Positions 9,190 through 18,470 of a stretch of DNA of 64,000 nucleotides are shown in pieces. The notes under the pieces are model-generated. The model was not told the DNA's origin. It ran no database searches and worked only from the letters and a program-made list of their open reading frames with translations. Position numbers and translations under genes: made by a program. The DNA comes from Candidatus Fervidifonticultor quintus. GTDB taxonomy: Bacteria; Sysuimicrobiota; Sysuimicrobiia; Sysuimicrobiales; Humicultoraceae. The stretch's first letter is position 1, and each line of letters opens with the position of its first letter. The stretch covers positions 1 to 64,000 of the forward strand of contig JAVKIJ010000001.1 in assembly GCA_031459535.1 (NCBI GenBank), given 5' to 3'.

Positions 9190-10491
9190 GTGGTTCGCGT
9201 CGCGCACTACCTTAATCAGTTCTTCGCCGGCCTCGGTGGCGAGGCGGCCGCGAACCGGCCTCCGGAACTTCGCGATGGCCCTGTCGGGCCGGGGCGTGCG
9301 TTGCAGGCTTTGCTTCACGGCCAGGCCCAGGTAGTGTCCACCCTGGTGTGCGGCGATAACTTTTTCGCGGAACGCCGCGAGGAGGCCTGTCGGGAGGTCC
9401 GCGCGTGGTTGGAGACCGTTCGTCCAGACCTCGTCGTGGCCGGGCCGGCGTTTGCAGCCGGTCGGTACGGCGTGGCCTGCGCCGAGGTGTGCCGCGTTGC
9501 CAATGAGCTCACGCTCCCGGCCGTCACGGGGATGCACCGTGAGAACCCGGGGTTGTTGATCTACCGGAAGGCGTATGTGGTCCCTACGGCGGACTCCGCT
9601 GTGGGCATGCAGTCGGCGCTCGCGGCGATGGCGGCGCTCGGACTCAAACTGGCGTCGGGAGAACCGCTTGGACCAGCGGAGGTGGAGGGGTACTTGCCCC
9701 GAGGCGTTCGGCGGCCCGGCCTGCGCGAGAAGCCCGGCGCTGAGCGCGCGGTCGACATGCTTGTCTCGAAGCTGGCCGGCCAGCCGTTCCGAACCGAATT
9801 GCCGGTGAATGCGTACGAGGCAGTGCCGCCGGCACCTCCGCTAACTGACTTGCGTCGGGCACGCATTGCCCTGGTGACCACTGGCGCCATCGTGCCGAAG
9901 GGCAATCCCGACCGCCTGAAACGGTGTAGCGAGACCCGATGGGCGAGGTATTCAATCGCTGGCGTTGAGGCGCTGACGGGTGATCAGTATGAGTGCGTCC
10001 ACGGCGGCTTCTACAACGACATGGCATCCCGCAATTCTAATCTAGTGCTGCCGCTGGACGTGCTGCGTGAGCTGCAGCGGGAGGGCGTCATTGGTGAACT
10101 ACTCGACTTCTACTGCGTTACCACCGGCAACGATCAACGCCTGGCCGACTGCAGACGCAACGGGCAGGAGATCGCCGCGACCCTTCGGTCGGCCAACGTT
10201 GACGGCGTCTTGTTGGTGGCCACCTGAGGGTCGTGTAATCGTTGCGGCGCAACGATCGCCAAGGAGATTGACCGAATCGGTATTCCCGTAGTGGTGATCA
10301 GTGCGTTGCCTCCCTTGGCCACGCAGGCTGGCGCCAACCGTGTGGTACAGGGGGTCAAGATAGAACACGTGTGCGGCGACCCGTCGCTGCCGCCCGACGC
10401 TGACAAGGCGATGCGGCGTCGACTTGTGGAGCGGGCCCTGCTCGCGTTGCAGCGTGATGTGACCGAACCCGTATTGGCGGCTGACAGCTGA
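9190..10491 (+). CDS. grdB: glycine/sarcosine/betaine reductase selenoprotein B family (Sec at TGA 10225-10227)
   Basis: HYLNQFFAG, GPAF.AGRYG..C; reading through the TGA gives LVAT-U-GSCNRCGATIAKEIDR (UxxCxxC); 433 aa in total; GGAGG RBS 7 nt upstream of the GTG. Confidence 0.9.
10238..10256 (+). promoter_or_regulatory. bacterial SECIS element of grdB
   Basis: Perfect hairpin ATCGTTGC-GGC-GCAACGAT starting at the 11th nt after the UGA, G-containing loop. Confidence 0.75.
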
Positions 10492-10510
10492 GGGCGTGAA
10501 GGGTAGCGAG

Positions 10511-11848
10511 ATGGAGCTAGAGATTGGGACATTCCCGGTGCGCCAGGTGGAGTTTGGGTCATCGCCGGGATGGTCCGACGAGACCCTCACCATCGACCCG
10601 GAAGGCCTGCGCGCTCTCGTCCTAAGGGATCCGCGGATCCGCCGCGTCGCCGTGGATTTGGTGGCTCCTGGGGAAGATACACGCATCATTCACCCGCGGG
10701 ACGTTGTAGAACCTCGCATCAAGATCGAGGGCCGGGGCCACGTCTATCCCGGGATCGCCGGCCATCCTACCGATACGGTGGGCAGCGGCCTGACCTGTCG
10801 GTATGACGGGTTTGCGGTCATGGTGTGCTCGGAGGTCCTCCCGCACATCCGCCGTGCCGTCAGCGCCGCCACCGACAGCATTGTGGACATGTCCGGCCCG
10901 GGTGCGGTCACCGTCTACAGTAGGTTGCGGTATGCGGTCCTGACGTTGGAGACCCAACCCGAGCTCGAGCTCACAGAGTGGAACGACGTTCTGCGTCTGG
11001 CCGGCCATCGGGTTGCTGACGCGCTTGCTGGGCTACTGCGCGGCCTCGAGCCGCCGAGGCGCCGCCGATTCTCTCTGACGCGTCCTCAGAGTACCCTTCC
11101 GCGCGTCGTTCACGTGCACACGTTGAATGCCTCGATGGTGCCAGGCATCGGCACCGGCATCTACGGCTTTACTCCCCACGCGCTGCCTGTGTTGCTCCAT
11201 CCGAACGAGATCCTCGACGGTGCCATCACCGGCGACGCCGTGGTGGGCTATCCGGGCAAGTGCACCTGGCTGCACGTGAACAACCCGGTACTGTCGGCGC
11301 TGTACGATCGGCACGGTCGGGATTTTGAGTGGCTTGGGTGCATTATTGCCCGCACCCGATGGGGAGCGCTCAAGGACAAGCAGCTGTCCGCCTACCAGAC
11401 TGTGAAGTTAGCTCAGATGCTGGAGGCAGAGGGTGCGCTGGTGACCTGGAACCATGGAGGCAATGATCTGATCGAGGTGATGCTGACGATTCAGGGATTG
11501 GAGCGCGCTGGCATCAAGACGGTTTTTCTCACTATTGAGTCGGACATCAAGATCGTTCGGCTCCGGCCCGAGCTTGCGGAGACTGGCGCGGAGGAGCCGC
11601 CGCTCTTGTTCAGCGTCCCAGAGGCCAACGCCATTGTCAGCACCGGTACCCTCGCCCCTACCGAGGTCCTCCCGGCGGTTCAACGCGTGGTTGGTGGTAC
11701 CGAGTTGGTGCTAGACCAAGAGCGACCTGAGGTACGGGTGCCGGCAAACGGACCGCTGGATCTCGAGGTACTCTCCGGTGCCTACTCCCCAATCTTTGGG
11801 CACTTCGACAACTACGGCATCGGTTGTCAGAGTTACTATGACTACTAG
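10511..11848 (+). CDS. grdE: glycine/sarcosine/betaine reductase component B partner subunit (GrdE/GrdG/GrdI-like)
   Basis: MELEIG..V.FG, DVVEPRIK, DMSGPGA, LHPNEILDGA, HVNNP, GGN motifs; lies next to grdB. Confidence 0.82.
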   Translation: MELEIGTFPVRQVEFGSSPGWSDETLTIDPEGLRALVLRDPRIRRVAVDLVAPGEDTRIIHPRDVVEPRIKIEGRGHVYPGIAGHPTDTVGSGLTCRYDGFAVMVCSEVLPHIRRAVSAATDSIVDMSGPGAVTVYSRLRYAVLTLETQPELELTEWNDVLRLAGHRVADALAGLLRGLEPPRRRRFSLTRPQSTLPRVVHVHTLNASMVPGIGTGIYGFTPHALPVLLHPNEILDGAITGDAVVGYPGKCTWLHVNNPVLSALYDRHGRDFEWLGCIIARTRWGALKDKQLSAYQTVKLAQMLEAEGALVTWNHGGNDLIEVMLTIQGLERAGIKTVFLTIESDIKIVRLRPELAETGAEEPPLLFSVPEANAIVSTGTLAPTEVLPAVQRVVGGTELVLDQERPEVRVPANGPLDLEVLSGAYSPIFGHFDNYGIGCQSYYDY

Positions 11849-13244
11849 GCCCGTGATCCGCGCGGCCAGCTTCGTGCTGGCATTTGCGCCTGACCTAGTG
11901 TTCTGTGGCTCCAAGCCACGACGTGAGATCGCCCGCAATTCTTCTCTGCGCGCGGAGATCCGATCTCATTTGCGATCCTTCGCCGATGTGGTGGCTTATC
12001 CACCGCATCAGGTGATGATTGGCAACCTGACGCCGGAGACGTTGTGGGATATTCCGAGACCCTGGCATACACACCCGATTCACCCTGCCTCGCCGCACGG
12101 TCCAGCGGGTGTCATCATCGATGAGCCGGAGCTGTATGCTTGGTTGGCGCGTGCGGACGCGGCCAACTTGGTCCGCCTGGAAGAGACTTTCGCTGAACAT
12201 GTGGCATCGCTAATGGGCGGGGCCCGAGTCGCGACCGCGACGCCGGACGAACTGCTCCGCAGCGTTGAGAGGGGTGCCGAGACGTTCTTCGTCGCTGGCG
12301 ACCGCATTGCGGGCGCCATTTCGCCTGGCCACGACCAAGACGAGACGCTGACGGCCCCGGTGCTTCTGGAGAACCTTGTGGCGAAGGTGACCGGAGGGCT
12401 GGCGCTGCGGCATCTGGTCGGCAGCGCGGCGCCCGGCGAGCCGGTAGATTTCCTCCTGGGCTGTGGGGAGGAAGCCGTTGGGGACCGGTACCAGCGCGGC
12501 GGTGGAAACCTGGCCAAGGCCATGGGTGAACTTGCCGGCGTCCGAACCGCCGGAGGTGCCGACGTCAAGGCCTTTTGCGCCGGTCCTGTACACTCACTCA
12601 TCATTGGGGGGGCGTTGGTGGCCTGCGGCCTCTACCGTCGCGTGGTGGTGGTTGCTGGTGGGTCGCTGGCGAAACTCGGCATGAAGTTCCTTGGGCATCT
12701 GGCTTCGGGGTTTCCAATCTTGGAGGACATTCTCGCAGGCATGGCAATCGACATTGTTGCAGACGACGGGCGCAGTCCCGTGTTGCGCCTCGATGTGTCA
12801 GCGGTGCACCGCGTGGCCGATGGGGCAGCACCCCACCAGATGGCGGCGATTCTCACCCGAGATCCGTTGCAGACCCACGGGCTTCGCATTACTGATGTTG
12901 ACCGTTTCTCAGTCGAGCTGCACAATCCAGACATTACCGAGCCCGCCGGGTCCGGTGACGTTCCCTACCGCAACTATCAGATGATTGCGGCGCTTGCAGC
13001 CCAGTCTGGCGAGATCAGCCGCGACGCGATCCCGGCGTTCATCCGGACGCACGGGATGCCCGGATTCTCGCCGACCCAAGGTCACATTCCGTCTGCGGTT
13101 CCATACCTTCCTCATGCCATTGTCGGTCTGAGTACGGGCGGACTCAATCGCGTGCAGTTGATTGCTAAGGGTAGCCTATTTCTCGGGAGGATGACCGAGA
13201 TGAGCGACGGGGCCAGCGTCTTGTTGGAGCGCAATGGGCGATGA
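11838..13244 (+). CDS. grdC: glycine/sarcosine/betaine reductase component C subunit beta
   Basis: EEAVGDRYQRGGGN.AKA, FCAGP, KLGM, ELHNPDIT.PAG.GDVP, PTQGHIPS, KGSLFLGRMT. Confidence 0.9.
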   Translation: MTTRPVIRAASFVLAFAPDLVFCGSKPRREIARNSSLRAEIRSHLRSFADVVAYPPHQVMIGNLTPETLWDIPRPWHTHPIHPASPHGPAGVIIDEPELYAWLARADAANLVRLEETFAEHVASLMGGARVATATPDELLRSVERGAETFFVAGDRIAGAISPGHDQDETLTAPVLLENLVAKVTGGLALRHLVGSAAPGEPVDFLLGCGEEAVGDRYQRGGGNLAKAMGELAGVRTAGGADVKAFCAGPVHSLIIGGALVACGLYRRVVVVAGGSLAKLGMKFLGHLASGFPILEDILAGMAIDIVADDGRSPVLRLDVSAVHRVADGAAPHQMAAILTRDPLQTHGLRITDVDRFSVELHNPDITEPAGSGDVPYRNYQMIAALAAQSGEISRDAIPAFIRTHGMPGFSPTQGHIPSAVPYLPHAIVGLSTGGLNRVQLIAKGSLFLGRMTEMSDGASVLLERNGR

Positions 13245-13268
13245 CGACGGGAAAGGAGCTGGTGGAGC

Positions 13269-13733
13269 GTGGTGGACTTGAGGAACAAGCTGGTTCTTGC
13301 GTTGGGGGAACGGGACGGAGTTCCAGGCCCGGCTCTGCAGGCATGCGCTGAGGCCGCGGGCGCCCGGGTGATCTACGTCGCGACCCAGTGCTTTGTCTGA
13401 ACGTCGGCCGGGGCCATGGACTTGGAGGAGCAGGACGCCATTCGTCGGGTCGCAGAAGGTGGTGAGCGTGATCGCATGGTCGTGCTGTTGGGAACGCCAA
13501 CTGCTGGCAGCACGATGATGACCGCTCTGACGTTGACCCAAGGTGATCCAAGCTATGCCGGTCCGTTGGCAGGGATCCCGTTGGGACTCCCCACGTACCA
13601 CATTCTGGAGGATGCCGTTAGGCAGGCAATTCCGGTGGAGGTTTACGATCGAGAGATTGGCGCCTCAGAGTTCATCCTTGACAGGGATGGGATTATTGAA
13701 GCCATCGAACGGGTGCGCGCTCAGTCGGCGTGA
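13269..13733 (+). CDS. grdA: glycine/sarcosine/betaine reductase selenoprotein A (Sec at TGA 13398-13400)
   Basis: GERDGVPGPA...TQCFV-U-TSAGAMDLE, GDPSYAGPLAG; 154 aa with Sec at codon 44. Confidence 0.92.
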
Positions 13734-14809
13734 TTTCGGTGCGCCCGTGGAAGGGTGCCCGCTGGACGGTCACCTGGCTTTCCGCCAGCCTGAGCTGCCT
13801 CACGGGTCGTACTCTCCCGTATGACTAGGCGTACGGGGAGTCGCACCGACGGCGGTATGACGCCGGTGTGAATTGCGCGCAGCAACATCGCTGCAGCGAG
13901 CCGTCCCATCTCCACTGAGGGTTGGGCTACTGTGGTGAGGCGTGGGTTGGCCAGGCGCGCGAAAGGAATGTCGTCGAAGCCGACCAGCGCCATGTCCCGA
14001 GGAATCATGATCCCATAGACCCTAAGCGCGTCGAGCAAACGGAGGGCGAGCTTGTCGTCGTAGCAGACGACCGCGTCCGGGCGGCTTTGCGCAACGGCGG
14101 CTGCCACGGTGTCGACGGATTCCCAGCCCCCCGATCGGGACACGAGGATCCTCGGCCTAGGCGCTCTTGCTTCGGCCAACGCCCGAACCATCGTGTCTCT
14201 CCGCGTCAGGTCGGATGCGCTCCCAGGACCGCCGACGTAGACGAGTTTTCGGTACCCGGAGTCCAGCAGATGTTGGACGACAGCCTTGATTCCCTCCGGG
14301 TCGTCGGCCCGCAGGCACCCGGTGGACAGGTCGGCCTCGTATCCGGCAAGGCTTGGGTGCTCCCCGTTTACAAAGACGACCGGACTAGGACGGACTGCGG
14401 TCCGCGCTTCCCGCTGGCTGAGCACGCTCCCCATTAGAGCAATCCCATCGGCTCTGTGCATCGCGAACACTCGCAACGCAGAACGCTCCTGGATCGGGTT
14501 ATCGAATCCGTTGGCCAGGAGAACGCTGTATCCGTGAGAGGTGGCTTCCTGCTCGAAGCCGGTGGCCACCTGGCCGTGGATTGGATCCGTGCCGTCGGGA
14601 ATTAGAAGACCCAGTGTCTGCGTGGCCCGGACTACAAGGCTGCGAGCAGCACGGTTAGGCACGTAGCCGAGACGGCGGGCGGTGCGGATGATGCGCCGGC
14701 GGGTCTCTGCACTGACCTCGGGCTGCTCGCGCAGCGCACGTGATACGGTTGCCACCGACGCACCGGTGGCCCGCGCAACATCCGCAATCGTGACGTGGGC
14801 ACGAGGCAT
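13721..14809 (-). CDS. LacI family transcriptional regulator
   Basis: VTIADVA...S.ATVSRAL HTH, GYVPN..ARSL, VGFDD, LTTV.QP. Confidence 0.93.
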   Translation of the reverse strand: MPRAHVTIADVARATGASVATVSRALREQPEVSAETRRRIIRTARRLGYVPNRAARSLVVRATQTLGLLIPDGTDPIHGQVATGFEQEATSHGYSVLLANGFDNPIQERSALRVFAMHRADGIALMGSVLSQREARTAVRPSPVVFVNGEHPSLAGYEADLSTGCLRADDPEGIKAVVQHLLDSGYRKLVYVGGPGSASDLTRRDTMVRALAEARAPRPRILVSRSGGWESVDTVAAAVAQSRPDAVVCYDDKLALRLLDALRVYGIMIPRDMALVGFDDIPFARLANPRLTTVAQPSVEMGRLAAAMLLRAIHTGVIPPSVRLPVRLVIRESTTREAAQAGGKPGDRPAGTLPRAHRNHAD

Positions 14810-15018
14810 CTATCAGTCCATCCTGAGCAATCTTCCTGCTACGTGCGACAACATACAGGGCCTTCGTCAGACAGTGTTCCCCAACCATTCTTGGGTCGCG
14901 TCTTGGGTCGCAGGCTGGGGCCTTCTTTCTCACCCGTGCGTGACTTCTCTGAGATCAGTCAATGCGTCGTGCATTAGCGCGCTCTTCGCCCATCATCTCT
15001 CATGAGGAGGTACCTAAT

Positions 15019-16095
15019 CTACCGCACCGCTCCCCTCGCCGCCACGGGCCAGACGACCTCGACCCGCCCCCCGCGCACGCCCACCAGGGCGTCGTGCAGG
15101 TTGGTCACCACACAGGTGTGATTGGGGATGACCGAGACGATCTCGCCGACGTCGGGCTTTGCAGGGCAGTTCTCGAGATCTACGATCCCGTGTTCTTCGT
15201 TCAGCCGGGTGATTACCGCTGCGGGATACTCGACGATGCGACCGTGCCCTTCCAATCCCAGGAGGTCTGATGATAGGGTCTTCGAGCCGGCGTCAACGAT
15301 GGCCCGCTGAGCCGTCGGCCGGCTCACCACCGTGGTGCGGACGCGCATCGCGCAGTCATCCCAGGTCGCCGCCCCCGCGGCCACGGTCGCCCGGTCATTG
15401 AAGACGTACGTACCGGCCCGGTGCTCGGTGACCCCGGGCACGGTGTGGGCCCGGCGATAGACCGGTGTGCCCCCGGTGGAGACGACCTCGGCCGGCAGGC
15501 CGGCGCGCTCCAGACGCGCCAGGGCCGCTTCGAAGAATGCCGCGGTGTCATCGGTGATGGGATAGGTCATCAGGCCCGCAAAGCGCAGGCCGGGCAGCCG
15601 GGCGACGGTCTGGGCCAGTTCTGTGGTCTCGGCCGGGGTCTGGGTGCCCTGGCGGCTGCCGCCGGTGTCGCATTCGATCAACACGGGCAGCGGGGCGGCC
15701 GCATCACCGAAAGCCGACGAGAGCGCCCGCGCGGCAGCTGCATTGTCGATGGCCACCGTTAGGCAAGCGCCCGGCCGCGCAGCCAGCTCGCGCAGCCGGC
15801 GCAGCTTGGCCTCGCCTAGGATGTTGTAGGTCACCAGGATGTCGGTGATGCCGGCCTCCAGCATCACGGCCACCTCTCCGAGTTTCTGGCAAGTGATGCC
15901 CGCCGCCCCGGCGGCGACCTGCTGGCGGGCGATCTGGGGGACCTTGTGCGTCTTGATGTGTGGCCGGTTGGCGATGCCGTGGGCGTCACAGTACGCCTGC
16001 AGCCGACGGATGTTGGCTTCCATGATGTCCAGCTCAATGGTCACCAGGGGCGTGTCACGCAGATCCACGGCCGGCGGCGCGGCGACGGCAGTCAT
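15019..16095 (-). CDS. fold-type III PLP enzyme, D-threonine aldolase/DSD1 family
   Basis: RPHIKTHK PLP lysine, GTYVFND, DAGSKTLS.D, EEHG, PNHTC. Confidence 0.88.
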   Translation of the reverse strand: MTAVAAPPAVDLRDTPLVTIELDIMEANIRRLQAYCDAHGIANRPHIKTHKVPQIARQQVAAGAAGITCQKLGEVAVMLEAGITDILVTYNILGEAKLRRLRELAARPGACLTVAIDNAAAARALSSAFGDAAAPLPVLIECDTGGSRQGTQTPAETTELAQTVARLPGLRFAGLMTYPITDDTAAFFEAALARLERAGLPAEVVSTGGTPVYRRAHTVPGVTEHRAGTYVFNDRATVAAGAATWDDCAMRVRTTVVSRPTAQRAIVDAGSKTLSSDLLGLEGHGRIVEYPAAVITRLNEEHGIVDLENCPAKPDVGEIVSVIPNHTCVVTNLHDALVGVRGGRVEVVWPVAARGAVR

Positions 16096-16655
16096 CGGGA
16101 CACCTCACGGTATCTGAAGCAGTCGATCGTGTGGTCGTTCACCATGCCCGCGGCCTGCGTGAAGGCATAGCAGATCGTGGAGCCGACGAAGCGAAAGCCC
16201 CGGCGCTGCAGGTCCCTGCTCATGGCGTCGGACTCCTTCGTCGTCGGCGGAATCTGGCGTACGGTCCGGTAGCGGTGCTGGATCGGCTGGTCGCCGACGA
16301 ACTGCCAGATGTACCGGTCGAAGGAGCCGAACTCCTCCTGAGTGTCGAGGAATCGCCGCGCGTTCTCCACGGCGGCCTCGATCTTGAGCCGGTTGCGCAC
16401 GATCCGGGGGTCGGCCAGCAGCCGCCCGATGTCCCGGGCGGTGTACCGGGCGATCTTCCCGGCGTCGAAGCCGGCGAACGCGCGGCGGAAGTCCTCGCGC
16501 TTCTTGAGGATAATCGCCCAGCTCAACCCCGCCTGAAACGCATCGAGGGTCAGGAACTCGAAGAGCTTGGGGTCATCATGTACGGGGACGCCCCACTCGG
16601 TGTCGTGGTAGTTGATCATCAACGGGTCTGACGTGGACCAGTCGCACCGCTTCAT
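16092..16655 (-). CDS. tag: DNA-3-methyladenine glycosylase I
   Basis: RCDW, YHDTEWG, FQAGLSW, RNRLKI, FVGSTICYA, NDH..DC. Confidence 0.93.
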   Translation of the reverse strand: MKRCDWSTSDPLMINYHDTEWGVPVHDDPKLFEFLTLDAFQAGLSWAIILKKREDFRRAFAGFDAGKIARYTARDIGRLLADPRIVRNRLKIEAAVENARRFLDTQEEFGSFDRYIWQFVGDQPIQHRYRTVRQIPPTTKESDAMSRDLQRRGFRFVGSTICYAFTQAAGMVNDHTIDCFRYREVSR

Positions 16656-17251
16656 GGATGCCATGCGTCCTCCAGGATCGCGCAGATGGCGTGGCCGATG
16701 GTGATGTGGGCCTCCTGAATGTGCGAGGTGCGGTCCGATGGCACCCGCACCTCCACGTCGGCCAGGGGCGCTAGGTCTCCGCCGTCCCGTCCCGTAAGCG
16801 CGATCACCCGCGCGCCGGCTCGCCGGGCAGAGGCAGCCGCCTCGACCACGTTCCTGGAGCGTCCGGTGGTGGAGATGACCACCACCACGTCGCCGGGTCG
16901 CACGAGCCCTTCGAGCTGGCGCGCGAACATCCGGTCGAACCCATAGTCGTTGCCCAGCGCCGTGAGCACCGCTCCATCGGCGGTCAGGGCGATGGCGGGA
17001 ATCGGGGCCCGCTCCCGCGCAAACCGGCCGACCAGCTCGGCAGCGAGGTGCTGGGCGTCGGCCGCAGAACCGCCGTTGCCGCACAGCACCACTTTGCCAC
17101 CAGCACGCAACGCGTCCAGGATGAGCCGCGCCGCAACGGCGACCCGTGCTGCCACGGTCTCCAGGCACGCCTGCGTCACCGCCACATTGGCTTCCAGGTG
17201 GGCACGCACGTGCGAGGTCAAGACCTGGTCGTCGGGAAGGCCAGCGCTCAC
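16652..17251 (-). CDS. gmhA: D-sedoheptulose-7-phosphate isomerase (SIS domain)
   Basis: CGNGGSAADAQH, NDYGF, IQEAHI. Confidence 0.9.
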   Translation of the reverse strand: MSAGLPDDQVLTSHVRAHLEANVAVTQACLETVAARVAVAARLILDALRAGGKVVLCGNGGSAADAQHLAAELVGRFARERAPIPAIALTADGAVLTALGNDYGFDRMFARQLEGLVRPGDVVVVISTTGRSRNVVEAAASARRAGARVIALTGRDGGDLAPLADVEVRVPSDRTSHIQEAHITIGHAICAILEDAWHP

Positions 17252-17425
17252 GATGTGTGCAGTTCGCCGCTCGCAGGAGGCTTCCTAGGTGACGTCCGGC
17301 CCGGCTCGAAGCCCCCCACGGCCCGACCGAGCCCGGGACTGCGCCACGGCCCTGGTTGAGGAAGGCGTACCCCGAGCGCGCGGAAGACGGTAGAATGAAA
17401 TGCAGGCAATTTGGGAGGGATCGCC

Positions 17426-18430
17426 ATGTACAGGTGGGTCCTGTGGGGACTCGTGATCGTGTTGCTGGTGCCGGCGTCTGCCGCCAGGGCTCAGGTGCCC
17501 TCGTTGACCGTCTACTCCAGCGTGGACGAGGAGAATGCCCGGAAGATCCTCGGCGCGTTCAGCCGCGCGACAGGCATCGAGGTGCGTCTCACCTTCCTGT
17601 CCACCGGGCCGGCGCTGGCGAGGCTGGAAGCCGAGCGCGCCAATCCGCAGGCCGACGTGTGGTTCGGCGCGCCCAGCGAGAACCACGTGGATGCCAAGAT
17701 CCGCGGTCTGACCCAGCCGTACAAGTCGCCCAACGCCGCGCAGCTCGACGCCCGGTTTCGCGATCCAGACGGGTTCTGGACGAGCTTCTACATGAACCCG
17801 TTGGGGTTCGGGTTGAACACGAAGGTGCTGGAGAGCCGCGGGATCAAGCGGCCAGCCTCCTGGCAGGACCTGTTGAACCCGCAACTGCGGGGCTTGATCC
17901 AGATGCCCAGCCCGCAGACCTCGGGGACCGCCTACAACATGGTCGTCACGCTGGTCCAGCTCATGGGTGAGGACCGCGCCTTCGCGTACATGAAGCAACT
18001 GCATCCCAACATCCAGACCTACACGACCAGCGGCACCGCGCCTTCGCGGGCCGTGGCGTTCGGCGAGGTGGCGGTGGGCATCCAGTTCACGCCCGCCTTC
18101 TATCAGCTCTATTTCCGCGGGTACCCGCTGCTTACGGTCTTCCCCAAGGAGGGGGTCGGGTTCGAGGCACCTGCCATCTCCATCGTGAAGGGCACCCGGC
18201 GCGAGGCCGAAGCCCGGCGCCTGGTGGATTGGATCCTGTCCCAGGAGGGCCAGGACACGCTGGCCGCCCAGGAGACCTTCTTCTTCCCGGTGAGCGTCAA
18301 AGCCAAGCGGCAGGCCGGCCTGCCCTCGCTGCGCCTGGTGCCGCTCATCAACTACGATGTGGACTTCGCCGGCAAGAACCGGCAGCGGCTGGTCACGCGC
18401 TGGGTGAACGAGATCCTTGGCGGGCGCTGA
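17426..18430 (+). CDS. ABC transporter substrate-binding protein (Fe3+/AfuA-like family)
   Basis: Signal peptide, NPQADVWFG, SWQDLL, P.P.TSGTAY, PKEG. Confidence 0.85.
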   Translation: MYRWVLWGLVIVLLVPASAARAQVPSLTVYSSVDEENARKILGAFSRATGIEVRLTFLSTGPALARLEAERANPQADVWFGAPSENHVDAKIRGLTQPYKSPNAAQLDARFRDPDGFWTSFYMNPLGFGLNTKVLESRGIKRPASWQDLLNPQLRGLIQMPSPQTSGTAYNMVVTLVQLMGEDRAFAYMKQLHPNIQTYTTSGTAPSRAVAFGEVAVGIQFTPAFYQLYFRGYPLLTVFPKEGVGFEAPAISIVKGTRREAEARRLVDWILSQEGQDTLAAQETFFFPVSVKAKRQAGLPSLRLVPLINYDVDFAGKNRQRLVTRWVNEILGGR

Positions 18431-18470
18431 GCCCACGCAGGTTCTCCGCGCCGGCCGCCGCCCGTCGACC

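Noticed and set aside
10225-13400. grdB and grdA as nonsense-mutated pseudogenes or evidence of UGA reassignment
   Set aside because: Both UGAs fall at the conserved Sec positions, and TGA is an ordinary stop in many other genes here.
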